A stretch of DNA of 64,000 nucleotides from an uncultured delta proteobacterium (GTDB lineage: Bacteria > Desulfobacterota > Binatia > Binatales > Binataceae). The translations under genes and the position numbers were made by a program. Every line of letters starts with the position of its first letter. Within the stretch, counting starts at the first letter, position 1. Of this stretch, positions 20,489 through 30,742 are shown piece after piece. The notes under the pieces were generated by a model that was not told where the DNA came from, made no database searches, and was given only the letters and a program-made list of their open reading frames with translations. The stretch covers positions 768,001 to 832,000 of the forward strand of contig CAWEEQ010000004.1 of assembly GCA_963808235.1 (NCBI GenBank), given 5' to 3'.

Positions 20489-23400
20489 CTATGCGTTGAG
20501 TTCGTCGAGGAGCGCCTTGGCGTCCATCAGGTCGGCAGTGTCGAAGCCCTCAGAGAACCAGTTGTAGATGTCGGCGAGCATCGCGCACGCCTCGTCGCGG
20601 CGGTCGGTACTCATCAGTATTCGCGCGAGCGAGGTCGTCGCGCGCAGTTCGAGCGATTTCGCCCCCTGCTGTCGGGCCTTCTTGATCGCGTGCTCGACCG
20701 ACGCTCTCGCCAGAGCCGGATCGGAAGGACTCTGACCCAGGAGCAACTCGCCGCGAAGGCGATTAATTTCCGCTTCCCAGAAACATTCGCCGCTGCGACG
20801 GACCAGGTCCAGGGCGTCGCCGATCGCCTTCAAACCATGCTCGATGCGTCCGGCTCTCAGGCACGAGTCGGCGAGAGTCGCGAGACTGAGCGTGAGCCAC
20901 AACTCCTCTCGGTTGGCCGAAAGTGCATCGGTTTCTTCGCGTATCTGCCTTATTCCCTCCTCCGCTCTTCCAAGCTCGGTTAAGGCCCACCCTTTGACAA
21001 CGCGCGCATGGCGCAGAACGTAGAGGAACCCCACGTCCTCCGCTGCGTTTATCGCGGCCCCGGCGATTTCCAGCGCAAGCTTCGGTTCCAGCATCATGCG
21101 ATGAACCAGTGCCTTCTCGTACAAGGCGAAAGCTGCCGAGATGGCGTCTCCAAGTTCATTCGCAAGTGAAACGGCCCGTTCCGCGCATCGCCGCGCCGCA
21201 TCGGGACGACCGCGCAGCCATGACAGCTGCGCGTCCCATGCATAGCCGCACACGGCCGGATGATGAGCGGTGTAGAGCGGGACGGCAGCCGAACGAAGCT
21301 TCGACTCGAACAGCTTGAGCCCCCGCTCGACATGGCGTTGCGAGGCCTCCAGTTCACCTGCGGAAAGCGCCACCGACCAGTCATGATGGATCGCCTCGAG
21401 AAGGAAAACCGGATCGGGGTGGCGATCGACGAAATCCCAGATCGGCTTCTGCCGTTCGCGGGCTCCCCTCAAGTTGCCGCCGACGTAGAGCAGTCCAAAC
21501 AATCCAACCAGTAGCGCGAACTGCTGCTCGGGTGTGGCTCCTGTCTCAGCAAGCCGCTCGGCGCGAAGATAGGCCCTCTCGGTTTCCGGCGCCGCCCACC
21601 CTTTGGTGGCCATCAGCGCGGGACCAAGGCTGGTTTGGAGCGCGAATTCGCGCCGGTCCCGCTCGGGGCTAGATGGCGTGCGTTCAAGTAATTCCAAAGC
21701 GGCGGTTAGGTTCCGCATCGCCTCGCCGTACGCCAGTCGCCGAACGGCTCGGAGACCTGCGCTTTCGAGATAGTCGAGTGCCTTCGCGGAATTTCCGCTG
21801 CGGCTGTAATGATGGGCCAGTTCGTCGAGGTAGTCGTCGATTGAATTTGCGTAGAGCCTCTCGAGAGCCGCACCGATTCGTCCATGAAGTTGTCTGCGCC
21901 GTTCCATCAGTGCCGAGTTGTACGAGACCTCCAGTGTCAGCGCGTGCTTGAAGGTGTATTCAGAATCGCCGATGGCCGGCTGCTCGTAGATGAACTCGCC
22001 GAGCTGGAGGACATCGAGCAGCCGCCTGGTCTCGTCATCCGGGATCGAGACCACCGCGCGAATCAGCGACAGCGGAAATTCGCGGCCAATCACCGCCAGC
22101 GTCTGTAACAGGTCTTTGGCATCCTGCGGCAGGCGGTCGATGCGCGCGGCGAGAATCGCCTGAACTGTCGGCGGAATCTTCAACGCCGCCAACGACCGCG
22201 TGAGCTTCACCGCCCCGCCGTCACGCACCAGCGCGTTCTCGTCGAACAGGACCTGCACCGTCTCTTCCATGAAGAACGGATTGCCCTCGGTCTTCTCGAC
22301 AATCAGCCGCTTGAGCGGCGCGAGTTCGGTACCGTCGCCGAGCAGCGCGGACAACATCTCCTCGGCAGATTCTTTGCCCAGCGGGTCCAAGCGTAACTGA
22401 ATGTAGTAGGTCTTGCTGTTCCACTGATGCGAGTACTCGGGGCGATAATTGACCAGCAGCAGGATCTTCGCCGTGCCGATGGATTCTGCCAGCAGGTTCA
22501 AAAAGCCTTGCGTCTCCTCGTCGATCCAGTGCAGGTCCTCGAAAATCACCATCAGCGGCTGATTCATCGACTCTCGCAGCAGGATGCGCTTGATCGCGTC
22601 GAGCGTGCGCCGCCTGCGCACCTCCCCGTCCATTTGCGCCAGCGGATCGTCGCCCTCGATAATGCCCAGCAATACGAAAAGGTACGGCAACGTATCTTCA
22701 AGCGAACGATCGAGCGTCAAGACCTTGCCGTTGACTTTCTCGCGCCGCGTGCGCACGTCGTCATCCGAGGTGATGCGGAAGTAGCCGTGTAGCAACTCGA
22801 TTGTGGGCAGATACGCAGACGCTTTCCCGTGAGAGACGGAAAAGGTCTCCAGCACCATCCAGCCCGACTGGTGCTTGGCCTTGAACTCAAAGAACAGGCG
22901 CGATTTGCCGGTGCCGGCCTCGGCCATCGCGGCGACAATCTGTCCGCGTCCAACGCGCGTGAGTTCCGACGCGTTGCGCATCGCCTCCATCTCGCGCTCG
23001 CGCCCGACGAACTTGGTAAGCCCCCGCCCCGCCGAGCGTTGCAGCCGTGTGCGCAACGGCCCGAGCCCGGTCACCTCGTAAACATTGACCGGCTCGGTGA
23101 CTCCTTTTACTTTGGTCGGACCCAGCGGCTTGAGCTGGAAATATCCCTCGACCAGTTTGCTCGTCTGCTCACTGATCGCGATCGAGCCGGTTGGCGCGAC
23201 GGCCTGCATCCGCGACGCCAGGTTGGTGGTGTGCCCAATCGGCGTGTATTCAACGTGGCCGCTGCCGGTTGAGATCGAGCGCACGACGACTTCGCCGGTG
23301 TTCGCGCCGATGCGCGCCTCGATCGGCCTTCCACCCTCGGCCACCAGTTTGGCCGAGTAGCGTTTCAGCTCCTCCTGCATCCGCAGGCCAGCGTACAGAG

Positions 23401-23857
23401 CGCGCTGCGGATGGTCCTCGTGCGCAAGCGGTGCGCCGAACAGCGCGAAAATCCCGTCGCCGGTGGACTGCACGATGTATCCGTCGTAGCGGCGGACGGC
23501 GTCGATCATCAGCTTGAGTGCCGGATCGACGATCGCGCGAGCCTCTTCGGGATCCAAGTCCTGCTCCAACTCCGTCGATCCCTTGATGTCGGCGAACAGC
23601 GCCGTGATCGTCTTGCGCTCGCCCTCCAGATTTTCAGGGGCTGGTGTCTCAGCTACTAGAATCGGTGAGTCATTCGCTTTCTTTGCCGGGGCAGTGCCCG
23701 CGGGCGCTCCGAGCGCCGTGCCGCATTCGCCACAAAAGCGTTTGTCCGCTGGATTATCGGCGCCGCACTTCGGACAAAGATTCGCGAGCGCCGCGCCGCA
23801 ATCACCGCAGAACTTCTTGCCGGCCGGATTTTCAGCTTTGCAATTCGAGCAGCGCAT
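20489..23857 (-). CDS. Double zinc ribbon + class III nucleotidyl cyclase + AAA ATPase + TPR protein
   Basis: 4 CxxC; FADIKGST, TGDG, NLASR; AEAGTGKS, IFEDLHW; TEGNPFF; C-terminal ELRATTSLAR..EGFDTADL. Confidence 0.92.
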   Translation of the reverse strand: MRCSNCKAENPAGKKFCGDCGAALANLCPKCGADNPADKRFCGECGTALGAPAGTAPAKKANDSPILVAETPAPENLEGERKTITALFADIKGSTELEQDLDPEEARAIVDPALKLMIDAVRRYDGYIVQSTGDGIFALFGAPLAHEDHPQRALYAGLRMQEELKRYSAKLVAEGGRPIEARIGANTGEVVVRSISTGSGHVEYTPIGHTTNLASRMQAVAPTGSIAISEQTSKLVEGYFQLKPLGPTKVKGVTEPVNVYEVTGLGPLRTRLQRSAGRGLTKFVGREREMEAMRNASELTRVGRGQIVAAMAEAGTGKSRLFFEFKAKHQSGWMVLETFSVSHGKASAYLPTIELLHGYFRITSDDDVRTRREKVNGKVLTLDRSLEDTLPYLFVLLGIIEGDDPLAQMDGEVRRRRTLDAIKRILLRESMNQPLMVIFEDLHWIDEETQGFLNLLAESIGTAKILLLVNYRPEYSHQWNSKTYYIQLRLDPLGKESAEEMLSALLGDGTELAPLKRLIVEKTEGNPFFMEETVQVLFDENALVRDGGAVKLTRSLAALKIPPTVQAILAARIDRLPQDAKDLLQTLAVIGREFPLSLIRAVVSIPDDETRRLLDVLQLGEFIYEQPAIGDSEYTFKHALTLEVSYNSALMERRRQLHGRIGAALERLYANSIDDYLDELAHHYSRSGNSAKALDYLESAGLRAVRRLAYGEAMRNLTAALELLERTPSSPERDRREFALQTSLGPALMATKGWAAPETERAYLRAERLAETGATPEQQFALLVGLFGLLYVGGNLRGARERQKPIWDFVDRHPDPVFLLEAIHHDWSVALSAGELEASQRHVERGLKLFESKLRSAAVPLYTAHHPAVCGYAWDAQLSWLRGRPDAARRCAERAVSLANELGDAISAAFALYEKALVHRMMLEPKLALEIAGAAINAAEDVGFLYVLRHARVVKGWALTELGRAEEGIRQIREETDALSANREELWLTLSLATLADSCLRAGRIEHGLKAIGDALDLVRRSGECFWEAEINRLRGELLLGQSPSDPALARASVEHAIKKARQQGAKSLELRATTSLARILMSTDRRDEACAMLADIYNWFSEGFDTADLMDAKALLDELNA

Positions 23858-24118
23858 CGGCTTTGTCAGAAAAGATGAGCGACTTGCCTCGTATATCACC
23901 GAGCGCGTTGAGGGACTAGCCGACAACGCGAGAACGATCGCAATACGTCGCCTGCTATGTCCGGATCGAGCGCATGCTGATGGAACAGCTCAACTACAAC
24001 TTCGTTTGCCGTCTTCGCGGGTGAGGGCGCTCACATCGAGCACAGCTACGCGCTCGTGCTGGAACTTTGCTAGCATCGCGAACGCGACCCGGAGCGAAAG
24101 GGAAAGGAAAAGACAGCC

Positions 24119-24892
24119 ATGGTTAAGATCGTGTACGTACTGGCGCGGCGCGCCGATGTGCCTGCCGAAAAGTTTTACGACTATTGGCTCAATTCGCACG
24201 GGCCGCGAGTGCGCGGTCATGCAAAAGCGATCCACGCGCGCAAGTACATCCAGAGCCACCTGATCGACACTCCTCTTAACCGCGAATTTCAGGAACCGCG
24301 CGGAATGCTGGACCCGATGGCTGGCATCACCGAAGTCTGGTGGGACTCTGTTGCCGACTTCGAGCGCCGTGACAATGATCCGACGCGCGCCGCGGCAACC
24401 CGCGACCTGGCGGAAGACGAGGCCAAGTTCATCGACATCGCGCGCTCGCAAGTGTTTCTGACCGAGGAGCATACGATCTTTGACTACACCGCCGGCGCCA
24501 AGCTCGGCCGCGATGCGATCAAAGTCACCTATCTGCTCAGCAAGCGCGATTCGTTGTCGGTCGCGGATTGCCACAAGACCTGGCTGAGGGATCATGGGCC
24601 GCTGGTAACCAGCTTCGCGAAAGATGTTCGCGCGGCGAAGTATATCCAGAGCCACACCATCGCACCGGAGTTCAACGCAGCGGTTGTGAAGAGCCGCGGC
24701 TTTGCCAAGCCGCTCGACGGAATCACCGAGGTATGGTGGAAATCGATCGATGACCTGACCGCTGGTTCCGCTACACCGGCAGCGGCGCAAGCGTATGCGA
24801 AGCTCATCGAGGACGAACGCCGCTTCGTCGAGATGTCGCGCTCGCGATGCTTCCTGACCAAAGAGCACGTCATCTTCGATTACACGAGTTAG
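24119..24892 (+). CDS. Tandem EthD-domain protein
   Basis: Two repeats of W..HGP..KYIQSH..GITEVWW..EDE..F. Confidence 0.85.
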   Translation: MVKIVYVLARRADVPAEKFYDYWLNSHGPRVRGHAKAIHARKYIQSHLIDTPLNREFQEPRGMLDPMAGITEVWWDSVADFERRDNDPTRAAATRDLAEDEAKFIDIARSQVFLTEEHTIFDYTAGAKLGRDAIKVTYLLSKRDSLSVADCHKTWLRDHGPLVTSFAKDVRAAKYIQSHTIAPEFNAAVVKSRGFAKPLDGITEVWWKSIDDLTAGSATPAAAQAYAKLIEDERRFVEMSRSRCFLTKEHVIFDYTS

Positions 24893-24926
24893 GTCTCGAG
24901 CCGCACGCGCGCGCAGAGAGGTGAAT

Positions 24927-26090
24927 ATGAAAGTTTCGCTCTTCTACCTGCCTTCGGTCGGCAGCAAGGCCGACATCGAAAAAGGCCAAGCCGGATTGCG
25001 GGGTCATCTCTACGATCAAATGCTCCACGACATCACCGGCCAGGCCAAGCTCGCCGACGATCTCGGCTACGACTCGATCAGCTTCACCGAGCATCACTTT
25101 CACGTCGAGGGTTTCGAGCTGTCGAACAACCCCGTCCTGCTCGACTTGTACATCGCGATGCAAACCAAGCGGCTGCGCGTCGGCCAGCTCGGCATCGTGC
25201 TGCCGTCGCAGAATCCGCTACGCGTCGCCGAGGATATCGCGATGCTCGATCATATGTCCGGTGGTCGCGCCAACGCCGGCTTCGCGCGCGGCTATCAGCG
25301 CCGATGGGTCGACATCATGGCCCAGCAGACGCATGGGATTCACGGCGCGCTGCCGCATCAGCACGACGAGATCGACAACGCAAATCGCGCCGCCTTCGAA
25401 GAAAACTTCCGCATCATCAAAAAGGCGTGGACCGAAGACTTCCTTTCATACGATGGCAAGTACTGGAGCGTACCGCCCGGCGAGACGCCGTGGACTCTCG
25501 ACGCGACCGCGAAGTGGGGCGGCGGCATAGACAACGGCATCGTACGCATGGTCTCGGTGGTGCCGAAGCCGGTGCAGAAACCGCATCCGCCGATATTCCA
25601 GCCGTTCGCGTCGTCCGAGCGCAGCATCAGATGGTGCGCGCAGGAGGGCGTCACCGCGATCCTGCCGCCGCTCCATCCGTCGCTCGAGCATCAGCTCTGC
25701 GAGGTTTATGGCGAGGTCTCGCACAAGCCGCTCGGCGAAGGGATGGGCGTGTTGCGCGACATCGTGATCGCCGACAGCGACGATGAAGCGCGCGCAATCT
25801 GGCGCGAGAGCGGCTACTTCTGCGGCCACGAATGGTTCGAGCCGTTCGGATTTTCCAAGGGCCTCGACGATCCAAAAACCGGCGAACCGGCCGACCTTTG
25901 GACCAACGGCCTCGCGTTCGTCGGAACCGTCGACACGGTGACGCGCCAGGTCGAGCATCTGCTCAAACGCCTGCCGATTAGATGGATCTTCGCGTGGATG
26001 TACAATGGCCTGATGCCGCACGATCGCTTGATGAAAACGATCGAACTCTTCTGGACCAAAGTGCTGCCCCGCGTTTCGGATCTGCGCTAA
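24927..26090 (+). CDS. LLM-class flavin-dependent oxidoreductase (luciferase-like)
   Basis: TEHHF, NPLRVAEDIAMLDHMSGGR, PKPVQKPHPPI. Confidence 0.9.
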   Translation: MKVSLFYLPSVGSKADIEKGQAGLRGHLYDQMLHDITGQAKLADDLGYDSISFTEHHFHVEGFELSNNPVLLDLYIAMQTKRLRVGQLGIVLPSQNPLRVAEDIAMLDHMSGGRANAGFARGYQRRWVDIMAQQTHGIHGALPHQHDEIDNANRAAFEENFRIIKKAWTEDFLSYDGKYWSVPPGETPWTLDATAKWGGGIDNGIVRMVSVVPKPVQKPHPPIFQPFASSERSIRWCAQEGVTAILPPLHPSLEHQLCEVYGEVSHKPLGEGMGVLRDIVIADSDDEARAIWRESGYFCGHEWFEPFGFSKGLDDPKTGEPADLWTNGLAFVGTVDTVTRQVEHLLKRLPIRWIFAWMYNGLMPHDRLMKTIELFWTKVLPRVSDLR

Positions 26091-26114
26091 CTGCGCATCA
26101 TCTCTGACTCCGAA

Positions 26115-28169
26115 GTGCCGATACTCGCCTCACACACGGTTCTCGAAGACCTCGCAATGGTGCTATGCGTCGCCGCAATCACCACCGTTATCTTTCAGAA
26201 AATCCGCCAACCGGTCGTCGTCGGTTACTTGCTCGCGGGAGTAATCGTCGGTCCTTATGTCACGATTTTTCCGCTGCTCGCCGATTCCGAGCGCATCCAC
26301 ACCCTCTCCGAACTCGGCGTGATCCTCTTGATGTTTGCGCTGGGGCTGGAGTTCCGGCTGAGCCGGCTGATCCGCCTAGGCCCGACCTCCGGCTTCATCA
26401 CCGCGCTTCAAGTCGGCTTCATGATCTGGCTGGGCTACATATGCGGCCGCGCACTCGGATGGACTCCGCTCGAGTCCATTTTCACCGGCGCGATACTTTC
26501 CATCTCGAGCACCACGATCGTTGCCAAGGCCTATGAGGAGACGCCGGTCGCCCCGACTTTGCGCGAACTCGCGTTTGGCATCCTGCTCGCTGAGGATCTG
26601 ACCGCGGTCGTCGAACTCGCCGTGCTGACCACGCTCGCATCGGGCGCCGGCGTGTCGGCGCCGATGATGACTGTCACGATCGGCCGCCTCATCTTGTTTC
26701 TCGTCGCGTTCGTAGGAATCGGATTTATCGTCGTGCCGCCGCTCGTGAGGATAGTGGTGAGCCTCGACCGGCCCGAGACCACCCTGGTCGCGAGCGTCGG
26801 TATCTGTTTCGCGTTCGCGCTCATCGCGGAGCACTCAGGTTACTCGGTCGCACTCGGCGCGTTTCTGGCCGGCTCGCTGGTCGCGGAGTCGGGTAAGGCC
26901 GATCAGATCGAACGCCTTGTCGCGCCGGTCCGCGATATCTTCGGCGCGGTATTCTTCGTCTCGGTCGGCATGATGATCGATCCTCAGCTAATCGCGCAGC
27001 ATTGGATCGCGCTGATCGTGCTGACCGTGGCTGTGATCGCCGGGAAATTCATCGGCGTCACCTTCGCGTCGATTTTGAGCGGCGTCGGCACCAGGACGTC
27101 GATCCAGGCGGGCATGAGTCTCGCGCAAATCGGCGAGTTCTCGTTCATCATAGCGGGCGCCGGAATGAAAACCGGCGCGACCCGCGATTTTCTTTATTCG
27201 ATTGCCGTTGCCGTCTCTGTAATCACAACATTCCTGACTCCATATCTGATTCGATCGTCCGGGCCATGCGCTGACTTCGTATCCCGCCATCTGCCACGTC
27301 CGCTCAAGGTACTCGAATCGCTCTACGACTCGTGGTTCGAGCGAATTCGTCAAGCCGCGGCGCCAACTGAAGACAGCCGTTCGATCGGATGGCCCATCGC
27401 GACCATCGTGTCCAGCGCGAGTCTAATCGGCGCGATTCTCATCATCAACGAACGCGACCCCTTCGACGTGACGACGATCGTCGCTAAGCTGGAGCGCCTA
27501 CCGTATTTTTCCGCCGGCCTGTTCGTGGACGCATTCGCGTTGCTGCTGTGCGTGGGGCCTGCGGCCGGTCTTTATTTCGGCGCGCATCGTCTTGCGACCG
27601 CGCTTGCATCACGAGCGTTTCCGGATTTGACCACAGAAGAAATCAGCGCGGGAAAAGCGATGATCGAATTGCTGCACGTAACCATCCTGCTGGTCGCCGC
27701 GGTGCCGCTCCTGGCGGTAGTTCAGCCCTTCATGGCGCCGGTGGAAGGAATCGCAGTTATGGTCATCTCGATCCTGCTGATGATCATAGTAGTTGCTCGA
27801 AATGTTGGCCGGATACAAAACCAGATGCGCGACGCGGTGCATTTTATCGCCAATACGATGCGCGGCTCGCGTGCCGAAGGCCGCTCGTACGAAGTTCCCG
27901 GCATCGGGACGCTGACCCCGGTCAGCGTGCAGGCAGGCAGCAGCGGAATCGGAAAACGCCTCTCCGAAATCGATCTGCACACGCAGAGTGGCGCCGTGGT
28001 AGTAGCAATAGGACGCGGCGGCTCGGACGTGATAATTCCCACCGGCGACGAAGTCCTCCGCCCCGGCGACATCCTCGAACTAGCGGGCTCAACCGACGCA
28101 GTAGCAACCGCAATCCGCCTCCTGAACCTTCCGCGACCAACTTCGGCCACCGCCGAAGCCTCGCTCTAA
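26115..28169 (+). CDS. CPA2 cation:proton antiporter with C-terminal TrkA-C (RCK_C) domain
   Basis: ELGVILLMFALGLE, SISSTTI, AQIGEFSF, C-terminal IPTGDEVLRPGD. Confidence 0.9.
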   Translation: MPILASHTVLEDLAMVLCVAAITTVIFQKIRQPVVVGYLLAGVIVGPYVTIFPLLADSERIHTLSELGVILLMFALGLEFRLSRLIRLGPTSGFITALQVGFMIWLGYICGRALGWTPLESIFTGAILSISSTTIVAKAYEETPVAPTLRELAFGILLAEDLTAVVELAVLTTLASGAGVSAPMMTVTIGRLILFLVAFVGIGFIVVPPLVRIVVSLDRPETTLVASVGICFAFALIAEHSGYSVALGAFLAGSLVAESGKADQIERLVAPVRDIFGAVFFVSVGMMIDPQLIAQHWIALIVLTVAVIAGKFIGVTFASILSGVGTRTSIQAGMSLAQIGEFSFIIAGAGMKTGATRDFLYSIAVAVSVITTFLTPYLIRSSGPCADFVSRHLPRPLKVLESLYDSWFERIRQAAAPTEDSRSIGWPIATIVSSASLIGAILIINERDPFDVTTIVAKLERLPYFSAGLFVDAFALLLCVGPAAGLYFGAHRLATALASRAFPDLTTEEISAGKAMIELLHVTILLVAAVPLLAVVQPFMAPVEGIAVMVISILLMIIVVARNVGRIQNQMRDAVHFIANTMRGSRAEGRSYEVPGIGTLTPVSVQAGSSGIGKRLSEIDLHTQSGAVVVAIGRGGSDVIIPTGDEVLRPGDILELAGSTDAVATAIRLLNLPRPTSATAEASL

Positions 28170-28174
28170 TATTT

Positions 28175-28212
28175 GTTCCCCTTCCCAGATGGGAAGCGGC
28201 TATGGGGTTAGG
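28175..28212 (-). repeat. Solitary REP-like palindrome related to the DUF559-flanking repeats
   Basis: Minus strand CCTAACCCC...CTTCCC-ATCT-GGGAAG-GGGA parallels CCCTCACC...TCTCCC-ATT-GGGAGA-GGGGA. Confidence 0.55.
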
Positions 28213-28273
28213 TCGCTCGGTTGCATCATCGGATCTTCGGTCGTAACGTCTCGATAATTTCTGCGAGGTTGAT

Positions 28274-29041
28274 ATGAATCTGAAAAACGCAATTGCGATA
28301 GTCACCGGCGGAGGCTCAGGACTCGGCGAGGCCACAATCCGCGAGTTCGCTTCCGCCGGCGCGAAAGTCGCGATTCTCGATCTACCGTCGTCACCCGGCG
28401 CCAAAGTCGCCGAATCGCTCGGTGACAACGCGCTATTCGTGGTCGCCGACGTCGCCTCCGCCGATCAGGCCGCCGACGCCGTTGCAAAGACAGTTGCGAA
28501 GTTCGGCGCGGTTCATATCGCCGTGAACTGCGCCGGCATCGGCCGCGCGATGCGCACGATTACCAAGGACGGTCCGCACTCGCTCGATTTGTTTAGCAAA
28601 GTGATCGCGGTGAATCTCATCGGCACGTTCAACGTCACGCGCCTGGCCGCGGCGGCGATGGCGAAGAATCAGCCGAGTGCCGACGGCGAGCGCGGCGTGA
28701 TCATCAATACCGCTTCGGTCGCGGCCTACGATGGACAGATCGGGCAGGCCGCATACTCCGCATCGAAGGGCGGCGTAGTCGCGATGACGCTGCCGATCGC
28801 GCGCGACCTCGCATCACTGGGGATCCGCGTCTGCACGATCGCGCCGGGAACTTTCGAAACCCCGATGCTCGCGGGACTCCCCGATCCAGCGCGCAAAGCC
28901 CTCGCTGCGCAAATCCCATTCCCGCAGCGCCTCGGCAAACCAACCGAGTACGCCGCCTTGGCGCGTCACATAGTAGAAAACGAAATGTTGAACGGTGAAA
29001 CAATCCGCCTCGACGGCGCGCTGCGCATGCCTCCGCGCTGA
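28274..29041 (+). CDS. SDR, 3-hydroxyacyl-CoA dehydrogenase type II (HSD10-like)
   Basis: [38 protein letters not shown]. Confidence 0.92.
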   Translation: MNLKNAIAIVTGGGSGLGEATIREFASAGAKVAILDLPSSPGAKVAESLGDNALFVVADVASADQAADAVAKTVAKFGAVHIAVNCAGIGRAMRTITKDGPHSLDLFSKVIAVNLIGTFNVTRLAAAAMAKNQPSADGERGVIINTASVAAYDGQIGQAAYSASKGGVVAMTLPIARDLASLGIRVCTIAPGTFETPMLAGLPDPARKALAAQIPFPQRLGKPTEYAALARHIVENEMLNGETIRLDGALRMPPR

Positions 29042-29062
29042 ATCCTGAAGAGGTGATAGAAG

Positions 29063-29950
29063 ATGATCATCGCGCAAATCACGGACCTTCACGTGGTAGC
29101 GAAAGGTCGCCTGTGTTACCGCAGAGTGCCGACCAACACACAGCTCGCGCAGTCCGTCGCGCACATCAACGGTCTTGATCCCAAGCCGACCGCGGTCATC
29201 GCTTCGGGCGATCTGACCGATCACGGGCGCCCGGAAGAATACGATTTGCTGCGTGAGATCCTGTCAGAGTTGATTCCTCCCGTGTTCGTGATTCCGGGAA
29301 ATCACGACCGGCGCGAGGTCCTCTTGAAGGCATTTGCCGCCGAGGAGTACATGCCGACGCCTGATTCGCCGTTCGTGAACTATGCGATCGATAAGTATCC
29401 CGTCCGGCTGGTTGGACTCGATACCTCCGTGCCGGGACACCATCATGGGATGATGTGCGAAGAACGGCTGCGATGGCTCGACGCTACGCTTGGCGCGCGG
29501 CCCGATTCTCCGACGCTGATTTTCATGCATCACCCGCCGTTTCGCTCCGGGGTGCAATGGATGGATGCGTCGGGCCTGCATGGTGGCCGGATGATGGAGG
29601 ACATTGTGCGGCGGCATCGACAGGTCGTGCGAGTCGCGTGCGGTCATATACATCGGCCAATCCACGTGGCGTGGGGTGGCACGATTGCGTCCACGTCACC
29701 GAGCACTTGTCATCAGGTTTCGCTCGACTTGGCCGGGCGAGACGGATTCGAATTCACGATGGAGCCGCGAGCGGTGCAGCTTCATGTATGGGACGAGAAT
29801 TACGGATTGGTTTCGCATCTCAGCTACGTTCCTGCCGGCTACGAGGAAGTAGCGATGCTCAGTGGTCTGACCGATGAGGCCCGCGTGAAACTGCTCGCGC
29901 AGAACCGGCGAGACTATCAGGAGCTCTGCAAGAGCGAGTACGACAGATGA
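29063..29950 (+). CDS. Metallophosphoesterase (CpdA/GpdQ-like phosphodiesterase)
   Basis: TDLH, GDL, GNHD, HHPP, CGHIH. Confidence 0.9.
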   Translation: MIIAQITDLHVVAKGRLCYRRVPTNTQLAQSVAHINGLDPKPTAVIASGDLTDHGRPEEYDLLREILSELIPPVFVIPGNHDRREVLLKAFAAEEYMPTPDSPFVNYAIDKYPVRLVGLDTSVPGHHHGMMCEERLRWLDATLGARPDSPTLIFMHHPPFRSGVQWMDASGLHGGRMMEDIVRRHRQVVRVACGHIHRPIHVAWGGTIASTSPSTCHQVSLDLAGRDGFEFTMEPRAVQLHVWDENYGLVSHLSYVPAGYEEVAMLSGLTDEARVKLLAQNRRDYQELCKSEYDR

Positions 29951-30739
29951 TCAAATCGTCGAGGCGTTTCGCGCGACGCGCGTTGCCAGGATGAACGTGA
30001 ACGCCGCGAAGGCGATCGCGATACACACTGACGACGCCATCGGCATCGTGGCGCCGCTGGCGGCGGGCTCGGCGAGGTAGAGTGCGTGGCGGAGCGCCTC
30101 GGTCCCATAGGTCACGGGATTCAGGCGCGTGGTCCATTGAAACCACATTGGCGCGCCGGCGACCGGGAAGACCGCCCCCGACAGCATCCAGATCGGAAGC
30201 AGCAGCATATTCATGAACCCATGGAAGCCCTGGGTAGTGTCGATTCGCCACGCCATCATCAGTCCGATGCTGGTCATCGCGAACGCGACAATCGCCATCA
30301 TCGCGATCGACACCACGAAAGCTTCGAGACTCAAGTGGATTCCCGCCAGCGGCGCCAGCGCGAGGAAGATAACTCCCTGCATCAGCGCCAGCGTGGTGCC
30401 GCCGAGCGCCTGTCCGAGCACGATTGTTGAGCGTGAGATCGGCGCGACCAGCACTCCTTGAAGGAAGCCTTCGCGGCGATCGTCGACGGTCGAGGCGGTC
30501 GCGAAGATCGCCGTGAAGAGGAGCATCAGCACGATCACGCCGGGGTAGAAGTATTGCACGTAGTTGCTGCCCGCCGGCATCCCGCTCGGCTTGAATGACG
30601 CTTGCAGGCCGGTGCCGAGCAGCAGCCAGAAAACCAGCGGAGTCAGGATCGCGCTCATCACGCGGATCGGCTGGCGGATGAAGCGCACGATCTCCCGCTC
30701 CCAGAGCGTCTCGGCCTGAAGAAAAATTTCGCGCATCAC
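29951..30739 (-). CDS. ABC-2 type exporter permease
   Basis: 6 TM segments; LVAPISR, LSGAVFP, NPVTY. Confidence 0.9.
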   Translation of the reverse strand: MMREIFLQAETLWEREIVRFIRQPIRVMSAILTPLVFWLLLGTGLQASFKPSGMPAGSNYVQYFYPGVIVLMLLFTAIFATASTVDDRREGFLQGVLVAPISRSTIVLGQALGGTTLALMQGVIFLALAPLAGIHLSLEAFVVSIAMMAIVAFAMTSIGLMMAWRIDTTQGFHGFMNMLLLPIWMLSGAVFPVAGAPMWFQWTTRLNPVTYGTEALRHALYLAEPAASGATMPMASSVCIAIAFAAFTFILATRVARNASTI

Positions 30740-30742
30740 TTT

